DNA from: the human T2T-CHM13v2.0 reference genome, Homo sapiens
Assembly (NCBI RefSeq): GCF_009914755.1
Contig: NC_060928.1
Length of the DNA: 64,000 nucleotides
Reading direction: 5' to 3' (one strand)
Shown: piece after piece, positions 42,006 to 56,170 of the stretch
Layout: each line of letters opens with the position of its first letter
Position numbering within the stretch: the first letter of the stretch is position 1
Notes under the pieces: model-generated
What the model was told of the DNA's origin: nothing
What the model saw: the letters and a program-made list of their open reading frames with translations, nothing else
The model's database searches: none
Made by a program: the position numbers and the translations under genes

Positions 42006-42404
42006 ATGTCTCTAATTTACAACAACAGGAACCATTGTAAATGATTAAAAAAAAAAAGAGTTTATACAATTCCCAAAATAAAACTTGCACACACCAGCCA
42101 TTGCTCATTAATAGAATCCCTGTCGTGACATTCTGGAGAAAAGCAAAGAAAGTCTAAAGGATACTGCACTGATGTGGCTCCCTTTCATGCTTTACATCCT
42201 CCTCTGCCCAGGACAGGGGAAGCCAAAACCCACTACAGTTGGAAACTTCAGACTCAATTAGCTGCCACAGAAAAGTTCTTGGCACCAAGCATCGAACAGG
42301 CTTTAATTTCCTAAAAGTCTAGACCACCTTACAGAGCCTATCCTAGAATCTGTTTTCAATAAAGGAAAGAAAGAAAAGGTTGCCACATAAAAAATGGGAG
42401 AGCA

Positions 42405-42635
42405 TGGCTGTAAAAAGCAGTGGCTTCGGAGCCAAATCCAGTACAAATAAGAACCCCTTATTTCGCTTACTTGATAACCTGGGGCAAATTACTTAATCTT
42501 TCCATTGCTCAGTTTTCCTATCTGCAAAAGAGTAAACAAAGAGCTTCTCATTCGTAGGTCTGCTGGGGTTAAATGAGCTAAACCAATGTATGAAGAGAGT
42601 GTCCAGCAGATGGTAAGCATTCGGCCAGGCTTAGC
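42405..42635 (+). mobile_element. MIR
   Basis: aacctggggcaaattacttaatctttcc...ctcagttttcctatctgcaaaa...ggttaaatgagctaa. Confidence 0.65.
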
Positions 42636-43712
42636 TTTAACTAATATCATATTATCATTATCATTAAAATAGTATTTTCTTATAATTGTATAAAAGAAAT
42701 TACTCCTAAAACAGGGAGATTTATAGTATTTTATGACAACTGCAACACAGAGGAAAGAAGAAAGCAAAGAAAGAGGTATACTGAGTAAGTCAGAAGCCTT
42801 CTGTCTCCATCAAGGACTGAGCTGTGCATAGAGAGTCTGGCATGCAACCTCCGTCAAAGCTCATGATTGTTAACAAACCAGTAGGCTTGTTTCCCATAAT
42901 TTATGTGTAGGAACTAGACCAATGAGAGTGAGAATGGAGCCAGAATGTCTTCCCATCAGTCTTCCAGTATGTTCATTGGCTTACATCAGGAAATAGCTAC
43001 CAGTTCAGAGGCAATGCTGGGGTTTGGGTTGAATTTGCATAAATATCAACATGGATTCACAGCTCTCTAAATATGTCTGCCCCTCCTAGGATGGCATATG
43101 AGGCTTGCAATCCCGCCAAAGTGGTTTTCTCAAGAGCTCAGGCTGACGGATGAAGGAGGGGAAAATTCCTTGAGGGTCATGTGATTTTCCCCCAGGTATA
43201 TACAAATGACACTTGGGACCAGTATTTTCTTGTCTCTTGTTTAATAATATCCTGATTGGGTTTTACTTTTACATGCTATTTCAGTTCTCCAAAGTAGGGC
43301 TCCCTCTAATTTTTCAATGTAAGGGTACTGGCCTAGGAAGGCTGAAGCCTAATTTGTGTCCCATGGAATAAAAATGTCCTTCTGTTTGTTTCTGTGAATG
43401 CATTTCAAGCTGTTTTTACCCATTGATGTGAACATTTAGTATGAAAATTAATTGAAATGATGGATTTGGAAGCCTTTCATTTATTAAAAATAAAACAATG
43501 ATAGTACATTTATTTAAAGGAAGAATTTTTAAAAAGCATTCCCTCAAATATGTCTGTGTTTCTCAAAAATCCTAAATAACCCCAAACTATTTTGGAGAAA
43601 CAAGTAATGACATATGATTAATTTCAAGGAAGGGGATTTCCTATGTCTATATAATTTTAGACCTCTTTCTTAGAGATGTCTCCAGACCTTTTGTTCGGCT
43701 TGGGAACCTTAC

Positions 43713-43862
43713 CTGATATTTAGCCAGCAATTTGCTCTTCCAGAGGGAATGGGCGATATCGTGAATTGACAGGCGCAGGTTGTGGGTGCTGCCTTTAAAA
43801 TGAAGAGCCTTAGGTTCTTCTAGGAGCTGTCCTCCCGTCTGTCTCTCAAGATGTAAAATTTC
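43713..43862 (-). CDS. UNC5C: UNC5C exon 13, UPA domain
   Basis: Reads [50 protein letters not shown]. Acceptor ttatag, donor gtaagg; 150 nt, phase 0-0. Not in the supplied ORF track. Confidence 0.96.
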
Positions 43863-46800
43863 CTATAATGACATGCCCCAAACCCAAAGCACGTTATTGA
43901 TTTGGATCACTTCTGTCAGCTCTCTCATTGAATAAGTTTCTTTACTGCCTCCTGAATGGCAGGCGGAACTTGTGCAACACCTTGAACACCCACTTTTGCA
44001 GCCTCGAGACCCTCTAACTAAACTAACTAAAGCCCCTCCCATTTTGTATGGGACCAGACCCTAATAACAAACTATGTTTTGGCAGTCTACATCACACTGT
44101 TGAGGAGCAATTTCATACAGTTTGCCCTTTACCGACTGATGAGTGGAGTATTTATCAAATATGGGGGAATAACATCAGAACTCAAAACCAGAGAGCCATA
44201 AATTAAAGAAAAAATAGGTAGAAATGTAGACAAACTGATTGATAAGAAAGTAGATTTTCAATTAACTTTTACAAAAAGGGACAAATAACTAGAAGAGATA
44301 CTCATTCCTTGGACTTGATAAAACCAAACAACAAATAAAAAATTAGAACCTGTTTTAGACATTTAGTTCAATCTCTTATAGTTACTTCAAGTACAGAAAT
44401 AAAAATATAAAAAGTTTGCTTAAAATGATTTATGCATAATTCCCAATTATTAAAAAAATTAGAATATGCTAATTATATATTCTATTAAAGGAAAATATTC
44501 CGATACAGATTAGGAAGGTTTTTAAACACCAAATATTGAACTAAACAGTTACTCCAATTACATTTTCAAAAGAATATTTTTGTTTCTCGAGAATTGTGGC
44601 TGATGAAAAAATTTGCTACATAATTTTCTTATACTATACAGATAACAACATAAAGACAGATTCTATATATACTTCCATTTCTCAGGCTAGTTAATGGGAG
44701 TTAATGAAGCATTTCCAACTGCAGCTGTAATTATCCAAACAGCAGCAAACCATTAGTTATCAATGAACAAACTATCTTGGGTCTCCTCTGCTGTCTGAAC
44801 CATCCCTATGCACGTTACTCCTCTCATGCCTTAAAAGTTTTAATGGTACAAATACACAGGAAATTTGTGACCCATTTTAAAATAAGGGTCCAGGAATATA
44901 TGGATTTTAGAAAAAAAGCAAAATATAATTTTTTCTTTGGTGCTATTTCAATAAAAAGCAGGGAATTCAAGAACACAGGTGTTCATTCAGACTGTAACAT
45001 GCATGGATTGGGTACCCACCAGGGTACCAAGCACAGGTGGGTCGCAGTGGAGGATTTCAGGCATGGGAACCAGATTGCCTCATATTCAGAAAAATGCATC
45101 CACCTTGCATTTGTTGAACGAATTCTAACCCATGCACTTGTAGAGCAGTAAGTGTGGTGGCTACCACGATCATTGATTACATGCAAACAGCTCATTTCAA
45201 GATGCTGCGTTAGTGGTTCTTAATATCTGTCATCTTTTGGTGAGGCAACTATTCTGAACCATGCAAGCTGCTCGAAGGTCCTATAAGGTGTAAAAAAATA
45301 TTAGGATAATGTGGAATGTGGTTTCAGACAGGGCGTCCTCTAGTTAGTATCTAATGGAAGAGATGAGGCAATAGCACACTGACGTAGACAAGTGTGTGGT
45401 CCAGCTGCCTGAGAGTATTGACCTGCTACTTAATGTTGCTGGCTGATGAGTAGCTATGGCTTGTGACAGGAGCCCGAGCAGTCAGCCAGCCCCCAGCCAC
45501 AGTCAGCCAGACACCTTGACACATATGTTGTGTCATTGTCCCCCTAGTCTGCTGTGCCTGAGCTCAGCAGGCTCCGAGGGTCTCCCGTAGGCCATACAGA
45601 CCCATCCAGCCTTGAGTCACACACGCTCCTCACAGAACGTGGCACACCCCACTCCATGACACCCCACTCCACGACAAGAATAGAGCCATGTGGAAGTGGA
45701 GAAGAAGAAGAAAAGTGAGGGTTAATTGCAGTTTCTTCTGCTTCAGCAGGAAGGCATAATGAGCTTATGTTGATCATGTTTGGTGTCTAGTTAGCATAAT
45801 AGAGAAAGCTGATGTTCCCAGTGAACCTGGCACCTGACAAATTCTAAAGCTAAAATGATGTTTGTTTATAAGCCATTAGAAGAAAAGAAACATAATTAGA
45901 AATCTTTGAGATTACAGTCATGCCAATCAATCAGTTCCAGCTTCTTTCTTTCCATATGCCCTAATTACCTCATCAAGACGTCTAAAGAGCAATCGATAGT
46001 AATTATCTGATTACTATAGATCTTCATTATGTCGAAATTATCTCCCTGGGATGTCTAAAAGAAGATGCATTGTATTCCGGGAGGTAATTGTACCCAACAA
46101 TGTATAATCCACACCCCATTCCTACAATCAACATAGACTGCCAGAGGATATGAAGAGCATTATCAGTTTTCTTGGCAGGCAGGACATTGAAAAAAACCCA
46201 AACTGCCTATTGGCCATGACCTTGAAGTCAGGAAATCTAACACGGCATTTTGAGTGCAGAGTCTTCATGGGAGTCAGCCCAAGAATCAGGCTCAGTTTTT
46301 TGTTTCTTCAGCAATGATTTCAAAAGTCATGGTGAAGAATTCTCTCTAGTGGGGAAAAAGCCTAGACTGGCTTGGAGGAGCCCTTTTTTGGATAGAAAGT
46401 ACCAAGTGCCATTTTAAAGACAGTGGGGCCACAGAACACACTCCTTCCATAGACTTAAGCTCGCCATTTCTCCATCACCCAGGAGTGACACAAAGCTGCA
46501 GCACAGGGCTGGAAGGAACCTGACTTTTTTCTCCCTTCCAATGGGACATAAGCCCTGGGGAAAGACAAACTGCCCATCAGGACACACCCATGCTTAGAGC
46601 AGAGGCTATAAACATGTTTGCCAGAATAGTCTACCAGTCAAAACATTGAGCATGCATATTTATAAATTACATATCTCTATTATCAGTATGTTAATATATT
46701 GCATTATAAAATATACATAAAATTTAAAAATACATAAGATCCTGTATTAATCTGTCTTAGCATAAAGCTAAGTACTAATACTGTATTTTTTTTGGTCCCA

Positions 46801-47963
46801 GTGGTTCACTGGGCCTGGGGTGTGTAAACTCCATATTGGAGACTGCTGGCTCAGACAGCTTGTCCTTTCACTAGTACCTGGGGAAGAATTCAGCCCAGCA
46901 GTGAAGGATTCAGTAACCTTACCACACTTAACACCCCTTCCCGCAAAGTGGCAACTGGTATCGTTGCACTAAAGACGTTCATGACATAGGAAAGCATAAC
47001 AGAAAAAAGGAGAGGACAAAAACCATGGTGTGAGTTAAAGAGATCTCAGTCGATCATCCAGCAACTCCTGGGAAACGAGTATAATCTAAAACCACACAGG
47101 AACAGGAGCTGACTCGTCACATACGGCGAATCTCAAATAGAGTTTTGTGTCAGATGATAGAAGAAGCAAGCCTGCCCGAAAGGCTAATCAGGCTTTGTCT
47201 TGTGTTACCATTTTAAGTGTTACAATTTGAGATTTACTCCAGCAGATTCCACTTAAAAATATGCTGCAACTTGTATTTCACACTGCTTGATTTTCTGAAT
47301 TCTTCGCACATGATCTCATTTTGGTTATTTATATGATACAGATATGTAAGAGGACAGAAAAATAACAAATATACAACTCAATAAGACATGGCTTTACAGT
47401 TCAATGTTTTCCTCTGCTTCCTCTCCCTGGGAACATTCATTCAACATCAGTGAGACACGTTAGGCTGCCAGGAACCATGTCAGGTCTGGAGCACACAGAC
47501 AAGTAAGTCCCTGTCACTGCTTTAAACTGCTAATGGGCTAATGGTTCATGGGGGTTGGGGGGTGACCTGTAAACATGTAACCACAACACAGTGTGCTCAG
47601 GTCTAAAACCACTTCCAGACAGGCTGCTCTTGAATCACAAAGGTTAGGATATTTCACACACCTTAAAATAGAATATGAACAAAATATATTTAATGTCAGA
47701 AGATTTAGGAAGACTTAAGAGAAATATCGTGACCCTGGAAAGAAATGCTATAGTAAGGATGCGGATCATCTGGCCTCTTTGTTCTCAGAAACCTGAACGT
47801 CAAGTTCCTTTGCAGAAGTTGTCCTTCCTACTGGGAGTTCCCCCACCTCAGTGGCCTAGTTTGGCTCTAGGTGAATCCACCTGTTGCTTTGATGAGCTTG
47901 TTTTGCTTCTGTGAGAAGGGAGACAGTTTCTGACTTCCTTTCACAGTTCTTTTATTCAAAATA

Positions 47964-49284
<1,321 letters not shown>

Positions 49285-50194
49285 CCCCTTGTACAGTTCT
49301 ATCTGCACCCCTCTAACTTTTCCTTGCAAAGACACCCTCAAGAGTAGGTCATCAATAAATGTGTCTGTAGCCCATGCACATCTACACACGCGAACCATCA
49401 GTCACCAGAAGCAGGCCACCTGCCTCAGAGCCCAGCGTCCGCCAGGGATCTGAGCAATCCTGTGGGAGGGCCTCTTTCCCCACTGCGGGCGCTGCCTCCA
49501 AAGCAGACTGGCCGGCCCAGAGTGAGGGCTATATTGATTCAGGGAGCCTGTGAGGGATTGCTCCAAAGGCAGGACAAGAGATTCCACAGTAGAAACAAGC
49601 AGCTTTCACAATAACCAATTAAACCAAGACATTATCCATGCCAAGCCATTAGCCTGGGCCACTTAAGAGCCACAATAAATCCAGGCTGTTTTAAAGGCTT
49701 GTGTGCACAAAGGAGGCACCTCTGGCCTCTACCCAGAATGCTCCCAGGCTCTTAGATGAGAGGATCTCCCCTCGTTAAGGCTTGACAGAGAGGCAGGAGG
49801 GAGGATACATCTGCGAGCCAAGCCACTCCTCCACTCTGGTCTGTCCAGCCCCCGAGTTTCCCACTCTGCATTATGTCCGGGTTAGATTTCATCTGCCTCA
49901 TCTGCTTCTCTTGTTGTCTCTCTGCCTGTTCCTTCCATGCCTGGGCAAATTTCCATTAAGTATCAGGCTCACAGCTATTGCTCACTGGGAGCCCCCAGGC
50001 AACAGAGTGGCATATACTTGGATGCTTTGAAGTATATCTATTAGAGTATGACAAGTCTGCCCCCAGGGTCCAGGCTGAAGCTGGGTTACAGAGCCCTGCA
50101 CAGTGGTGATTTTGTGCCAAAAATTGTGAGGTGCTAGGGTCCCACAGCGGATCTGGTGGGCTAGTGCTCCGGACCCTGGCTTTGTTGCCTACAC

Positions 50195-51425
50195 CCTCTG
50201 CTCACCCTCCCCACCAACCCCACTTTGTGCTCACCCTCCTCCTCTATTCACCTTTCTCCCCTGCTCTCCCTCCTTCCCTGCTCGCACTCCTCTCCTGCTC
50301 CCATGCTCACCTGCTCCTCTGTTCGCCGCCTCCTCTGTTCACTCTCCTCCCCAATCACCTCCTCCCCTGCTTACCCTCCTTCCCTGCTCACCTCCTCCCT
50401 TTCTCACATCCTCCTCTGCTTACCCTCCTCCCCTGCTCACCTCTTCTGCCCACCTTCCTCCCTTCTCACCTTCTCCCCTGCTCACCTCTTCTGCTCACCT
50501 TTCTCCTCTGCTCAGCCTCCTCCCATGCTCACCTCCTCCCCACTCACCCTCCTCCCTTTCTCCCCTCCTCTGTTCACCCTTCCCCCTGCCCACCTCCTCC
50601 CCTGCTCACCTCTTCTGCTCACCTTCCTCCCCTGCTCACCTCCTCCCCTCCCCCCTGCTAATCCTCCTCTCCTGCTCACCTCTTCTGTTCACCTTCCTCC
50701 TCTGCTCACTTCCTCTGCTCACCCTCTTCCCCTGCTCACCTCCTCCTTTGCTCACCTTCCTCCCCTGCTCACTTCCTCCCCTCCTCCCCTGCTCATCCTC
50801 CTCCCATGCTCACCTCTTCTGCTCACCTTCTTCCCCTGCTCACCTCCTCCCTTTCTCATATCCTCCTCTACTCACCTCTTTTACTCGCCCTCCTCTGCTC
50901 ACCCTCCTCCCCTGTTCACCCTCCTTTCCTGCTCACCTCTTCTGCCCACCTCTTCTCACCTCCTCCCCTTCTCACCTCCTCCCCTGCTCACCTCCTCCCC
51001 TGCTCACCTTCTCCCCTGCTCACTCCTCCCTTGCTCATCCTCCTCTCCTGCTCACCTCTTCTGCCCACCTCCTCCCCCCTTCTCACCTCCTCCCCTGTTC
51101 ACCTCCTCCCCTTCTCATCTCCTTCCCTGTTCACCTCCTCCCCTTCTCACCTCTTCCCCTTCTCACCTCTCCTCCCCTGCTCACCTCCTCCCCTGCTCAT
51201 CTTCCTCTCCTGGTCGCCTCTTCTGCTTACCTCTTCCCCTGCTCACCTCCTCACCTTCTCACCTCCTTCCCTGCTCACCTTCTCCCCTGCTCACCCTCCT
51301 CTCCTGCTCACCTCTTCTGCTCACCTCTTCCCCTGCTCACCTCCTCTGTTCACCCTCCTCCCCTGCTCACTTCCTCCCCTGCTCACCCTACTTCTCTGCT
51401 CACCTCTTCCTCTGCTCACCCTTGC
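50195..51425. repeat. Degenerate CT-rich tandem repeat with 13-16 bp units (core CTCACCTCCTCCCCTG)
   Basis: ~1.2 kb of repeated ctgctcacctcctccc / ctcacctcttctg variants with extreme pyrimidine skew. Confidence 0.95.
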
Positions 51426-53002
51426 CCTGCATAACAACTTGCCCCTCTCTCACTCCAGTGCCCCAAAATTGCACCACCTTCTTCCTCAAGGCATGTGTTA
51501 TGCCTTCCAGTTTTTCAAGGGGCAGTTATGCTATTTGTGGATTATATGATCCATAGCTTCTTTCTCTCCCTCTCTGCCTCTCTCTTGTTCTCTCTCCAAC
51601 TACTTTTCTGTCTTTCTTTTCTTTCCCTTTTTAGAAACCATACAGGCTAAAGAAAGGATGAAAGAAATGATTAAAGTTAAGTCTCATATAACCCACTGAA
51701 ATCTCTCTTGAAGGGAAGGCTGGAAGGCGATGAAATCCAGGATGTGTTTCACTCTGCTAGCTTCTTTCTTTATATTGTTTCTGGATGTTATTTCTCCAGG
51801 CAGTCTTCATGTTTGAGAGAAACACAGAACCATGCATTGGCTGGATTTACTGCTGCCACGAGGCCAGGCATCAGCAGCAGAAGCATGAGCAGGTGGAGGT
51901 GGCTACTGAGGGAAAGTCGCTGAGATCGCTACATGGAGAGGACAGCACAGAAGGCAGGAAGCGAAGCAGTGGCCAGCCTGGCACTCTGGCTGTTTTTTGC
52001 TTTGGTTCGGCTTTCTGGCTCCTGGAGATAGAACCGCTCTCCGTGCTGGAGCCGGCACAGGAGGCTGAGTTGTACTGCAGCGGTGCCCCACCTTCACCTT
52101 GATTCTGGGACACAGACACAAAGAACAGACCAGCAAATGTGCAGCATGCCACTCATATGAAACTTCAAAAGGCCAGCCCTCAATGACTGTGCTGGCTGGT
52201 GTTTAAAAAAAATCACATCTGCCATCAGATTTCATGGAACCTGCCTTTCTTCTGTTCATTATCATGTGTCGAAAACCTGCCCTTGTCATTTGGGGCTGAG
52301 AAATCTGTGCCTTTGCGATGGTGGCTGTCACTGCTGTCTCTGTCACAGCTGTGGGGGCCTGCACTCCACCGAAGCAGAGGCCAAAAAGAGCGGCCGCCCT
52401 TCTCTCCTGTTCTCTGCCAGCTTTTCGGCGACGCTGCTGTCAGCCCCCCATGCTCTGTCCCCTCCTCTCCGGCTTGCAGGCCTCAGACTGCTGAGCCAGG
52501 CAGTGGAGAACATCTGACTGTCAGCCCGGCCTCTCCCACCTGCTCGGGTCGCCATCCCTGGCGCCCGGCCTGGCTTTGCTCCTTTCCCTTCCTGTGTTCA
52601 CGCCAGGGTGCTCTGCTCTCCCCCTGAGTTTGTCTGCCTTACTTCTTCCCTAATAATAACAAGGCTGGACTCTGGTGCCCATCTGCAAACATCTCCCCGT
52701 CAAGTTGCTTCGTTTCTAGGGCTCTGCCTGCTGTTCCCACAGCTGCTGTGGCCACGGATGCTTGGTCTGAGCTGCCACTTCCAGCCTGCACAGTCAGGGC
52801 AGTTTGTGACACTTTTAAAGCCAAATGCCAACGGGTGGTGCTCAGGCAAGCAGCGTGTCACTTGTCTACCTCTGGGCGTGCTCTTAGGACAACAGTTCTC
52901 TCTCACATCTATGTATTAGGAACAGGACTTTGTCGGTTTTTCTAGGACTTTTGAAGTCATCTTGTGTTTCTTTTCTCCTGTTAACACATTATTTTTAAAC
53001 TT

Positions 53003-53508
53003 CTATATTAGTTTTCTACTGTTGCCATAAGAAATCACCACTAACATAGTGACTTAAAAAATAACACAAACTGATTATCTCACAGTTCTGGAGGGTGGGA
53101 GTAACACAGTTCTCGTTGAGTTAAAATCAAGGTGTGTCAGTGGGGCTGCCCTCCTCTCCAGAGCCCCGAGAGGAGAATCTGTACTGGGTCTTCTCCACCT
53201 TCCAGAGGTTTCTCACATTCTTTGGCTCACGGTCCCCTTCCGCTGTCTTCAAATCCAACAATGACAGATTTCTCTGAGCCTTTTTCTGCAGTCATATCCC
53301 TTTCTGACCATAGCTGGAAAAAGTTCTCCACCTTCAAAACCATGTAATTAGACTGGACTCACCCAGATGGTCCCGGATAATCTCCTGAAATCACACAATC
53401 ATATCTGCAAAGACTGTTTTGCCATGTAGGGTAAAATACTCACAGGTTTTGAATATTAACCTGTAAACATCCTTGGGTGGGGGCAGGGGTGTTATTCTGC
53501 ATACCACA
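53003..53508 (-). mobile_element. MaLR solo LTR (MLT1D-like)
   Basis: Minus strand starts tgtggtatgcagaataa...aaaacctgtgagtattttaccctacatggcaaaa...tttgcagatatgatt and ends ...ttatggcaacagtagaaaactaatata, typical MLT1 termini. Confidence 0.75.
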
Positions 53509-55395
53509 ACTTCTGTTTTCTTTCTGTTTTCTCTCTCTTTCAAAAAGTAAGTTCAACATGGCAAGTCATTTCTAAGATAGGTGATAGACCCAGGGCCAGA
53601 TTTCATCAGAAGATGATAAAAATGGGGTAAATTTAGAGGCACCAAAAATATCCCTGTGACTAAATGTCTAATCAACCAGACCGCTACCAAACCTGAAACT
53701 CACCCCACAGTTAGATTCCAGTTAGATTTAATATCTTCCTTAAGCCATTATCTTCAAAATGCCACTGAAGTCTAAATGCCCACATACGCATGGCAAACAG
53801 TGTCTGGTGTCTATTTTGTGCCAGGAGATTTAATAACTTTGATGTCCTTAGAACTTCAAAGAGTCCTTGATGCAGACCAAATTACTGTCCTAAGAGGTCA
53901 AATTCAGTGACCAGGGCCACCAGGCTGATAAGTGGCACAGCCAGTCACGGCAGCCAGCCTGACTCGAGCTTTGCTGCTGTACCACGCTCCCTCCCATACA
54001 CACAGCAGCAATGATGCACTAGGAACCTTTAACACACGTTTTGTTGTTGGTCTCTAATTCACATGTTGCACATGTGAATATATTAGTTTAACTCCAGAGG
54101 CCAGGATCCTGAAAGTATACAGGTAAGGCTATTTTTGAGGTTGTTTGTGGGAACTATAAGAGTAGGTATGGATACTAGGATAATTCCAGGGAAGATCAGC
54201 CTTAGAAGACCTAGAAGAAGCAAGCGTGAGGAGTTCAGAGTTCGGTAAGGTCACAGCTTGCCGAGGAAATGCCAGGAGGACATCAGTGAGGAAGGTGACA
54301 GGTAGCAGGATAAAAATATAACTACCTTCTCCCTGTAACAAGCCACGTCTGACTGTCCATGACTGTGGCCCAAGAACGTGAGCATCACACAATTCTCAAC
54401 TAGACTTCCGCCAACCTCCTTTCTCTCTCTTCACCTTCCAGTGTTTCTTTCATTCTTCTCTTCTCTTTTCACATAATACAAGCTTTCACAGAGTTACTCT
54501 ATTACAGTTGGGATTAGGGCACATGAAATTTATCCAAGGAAGGTCTTCTCCATGCCCAATGAGTCCATCAAAAAAAAAAAAGCCAGGTTATGTTAATACA
54601 CATTATTTGATTTATATCACAAATACATTTGTCAGAAATTCAATAAATATCATACACTGCCCATAATGTATGAAAATAACTCCTTTTTTAGGTTCTGAAT
54701 CTCAGAGTTTAGTATAAAACCCTTTATTCCAAAAAGAGACTGTCATGTATTGTACCCTTTGGATACTGGGACAGAAATGACTTATTTCCACATAGACGTA
54801 TGTTTCTCCTAGGTGTTTTTAAACTTACTCCAAATATAACCTTGCTCTTGGTTAATTTCTGGTCTATTTATACTAGGATTTAAGTCTTTGCAAATAATGA
54901 AAGGAAAACACCTTTTTCATTAATCACCTGAAGACGGGGGAAAAAGAAAAGCTCTGATATACCAAACTCAACCTTTTCAATAGACTTGACCTCTCTATTT
55001 GAATTGATTCCAAACTATTCTCACAATTCTTAGCATCTTTATCCTTTTATGTGAACACAACTAGAGCATTGCTCCCAGTGGTCCTTCAAGCACATGCACA
55101 GGAAAAAGCCCTCCTGAAAGGTATAAAATAATTCCACTGTTGCCCATCAGCCTTGACTTTTGCTCTGGTAGTCACTGCCAACATGCTAATTCTGTATCAG
55201 TGCTTTCAAATTGCTAAACACAGCTTTTAAATTTCAGGTGACCATTTTTGCCCCAAGGCTTAACAAAACCCTGGAAAATTGTTACAAAAGCTGCCAAGCT
55301 CAAAGAGGTGAGTAGGGAGAAGAAAAAATGCATCACAGTTGCTTAAGACTGAGTGTGTTATCCATCCATATGGATAATATAAATAAATGTACAAA

Positions 55396-56170
55396 TATAT
55401 ATTATATTTATGTAATATATAATATATATTTATATATTATATTTATGTAATATATAATATATATTATATATTATATTTATGTAATATATAATATATATTT
55501 ATATATTATATTTATGTAATATATAATATTTATATATTATATTTATGTAATATATAATATTTATATATTATATTTATGTAATATATAATATTTATATATT
55601 ATATTTATGTAATATATAATATTTATATATTATATTTATGTAATATATAATATTTATATATTATATTTATGTAATATATAATATTTATATATATTTATGT
55701 AATATATAATATTTATATATATTTATGTAATATATAATATTTATATATTATATTTATGTAATATATAATATTTATATATTATATTTATGTAATATATAAT
55801 ATATATTTATATATTATATTTATGTAATATATAATATATATTTATATATTATATTTATGTAATATATAATATATATTTATATATTATATTTATGTAATAT
55901 ATAATATATATTTATATATTATATTTATGTAATATATAATATATATTTATATATTATATTTATGTAATATATAATATATATTTATATATTATATTTATGT
56001 AATATATAATATATATTTATATATTATATTTATGTAATATATAATATATATTTATATATTATATTTATGTAATATATAATATATATTTATATATTATATT
56101 TATGTAATATATAATATATATTTATATATTATATTTATGTAATATATAATATTTATATATTATATATGTA
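55396..56170. repeat. AT-rich minisatellite, ~23 units of 28-35 bp
   Basis: Unit GTAATATATAATATATATTTATATATTATATTTAT (35 bp) and shorter variants, with one G per unit. Spacings between Gs run 35,34,35, 31x5, 28x2, 31x2, 35x10. Confidence 0.97.

Noticed and set aside
50131-51556. Long overlapping ORFs (up to 443 aa, rich in Pro/Ser/Leu)
   Set aside because: They are open in several frames only because the C/T-rich repeat cannot form stop codons. They have low complexity, mostly non-ATG starts and no sign of a gene.
55396-56170. Regularly spaced ~31-35 bp repeats that superficially resemble a CRISPR array
   Set aside because: The units are head-to-tail with no unique spacers, there are no cas genes, and the context is a primate intron.
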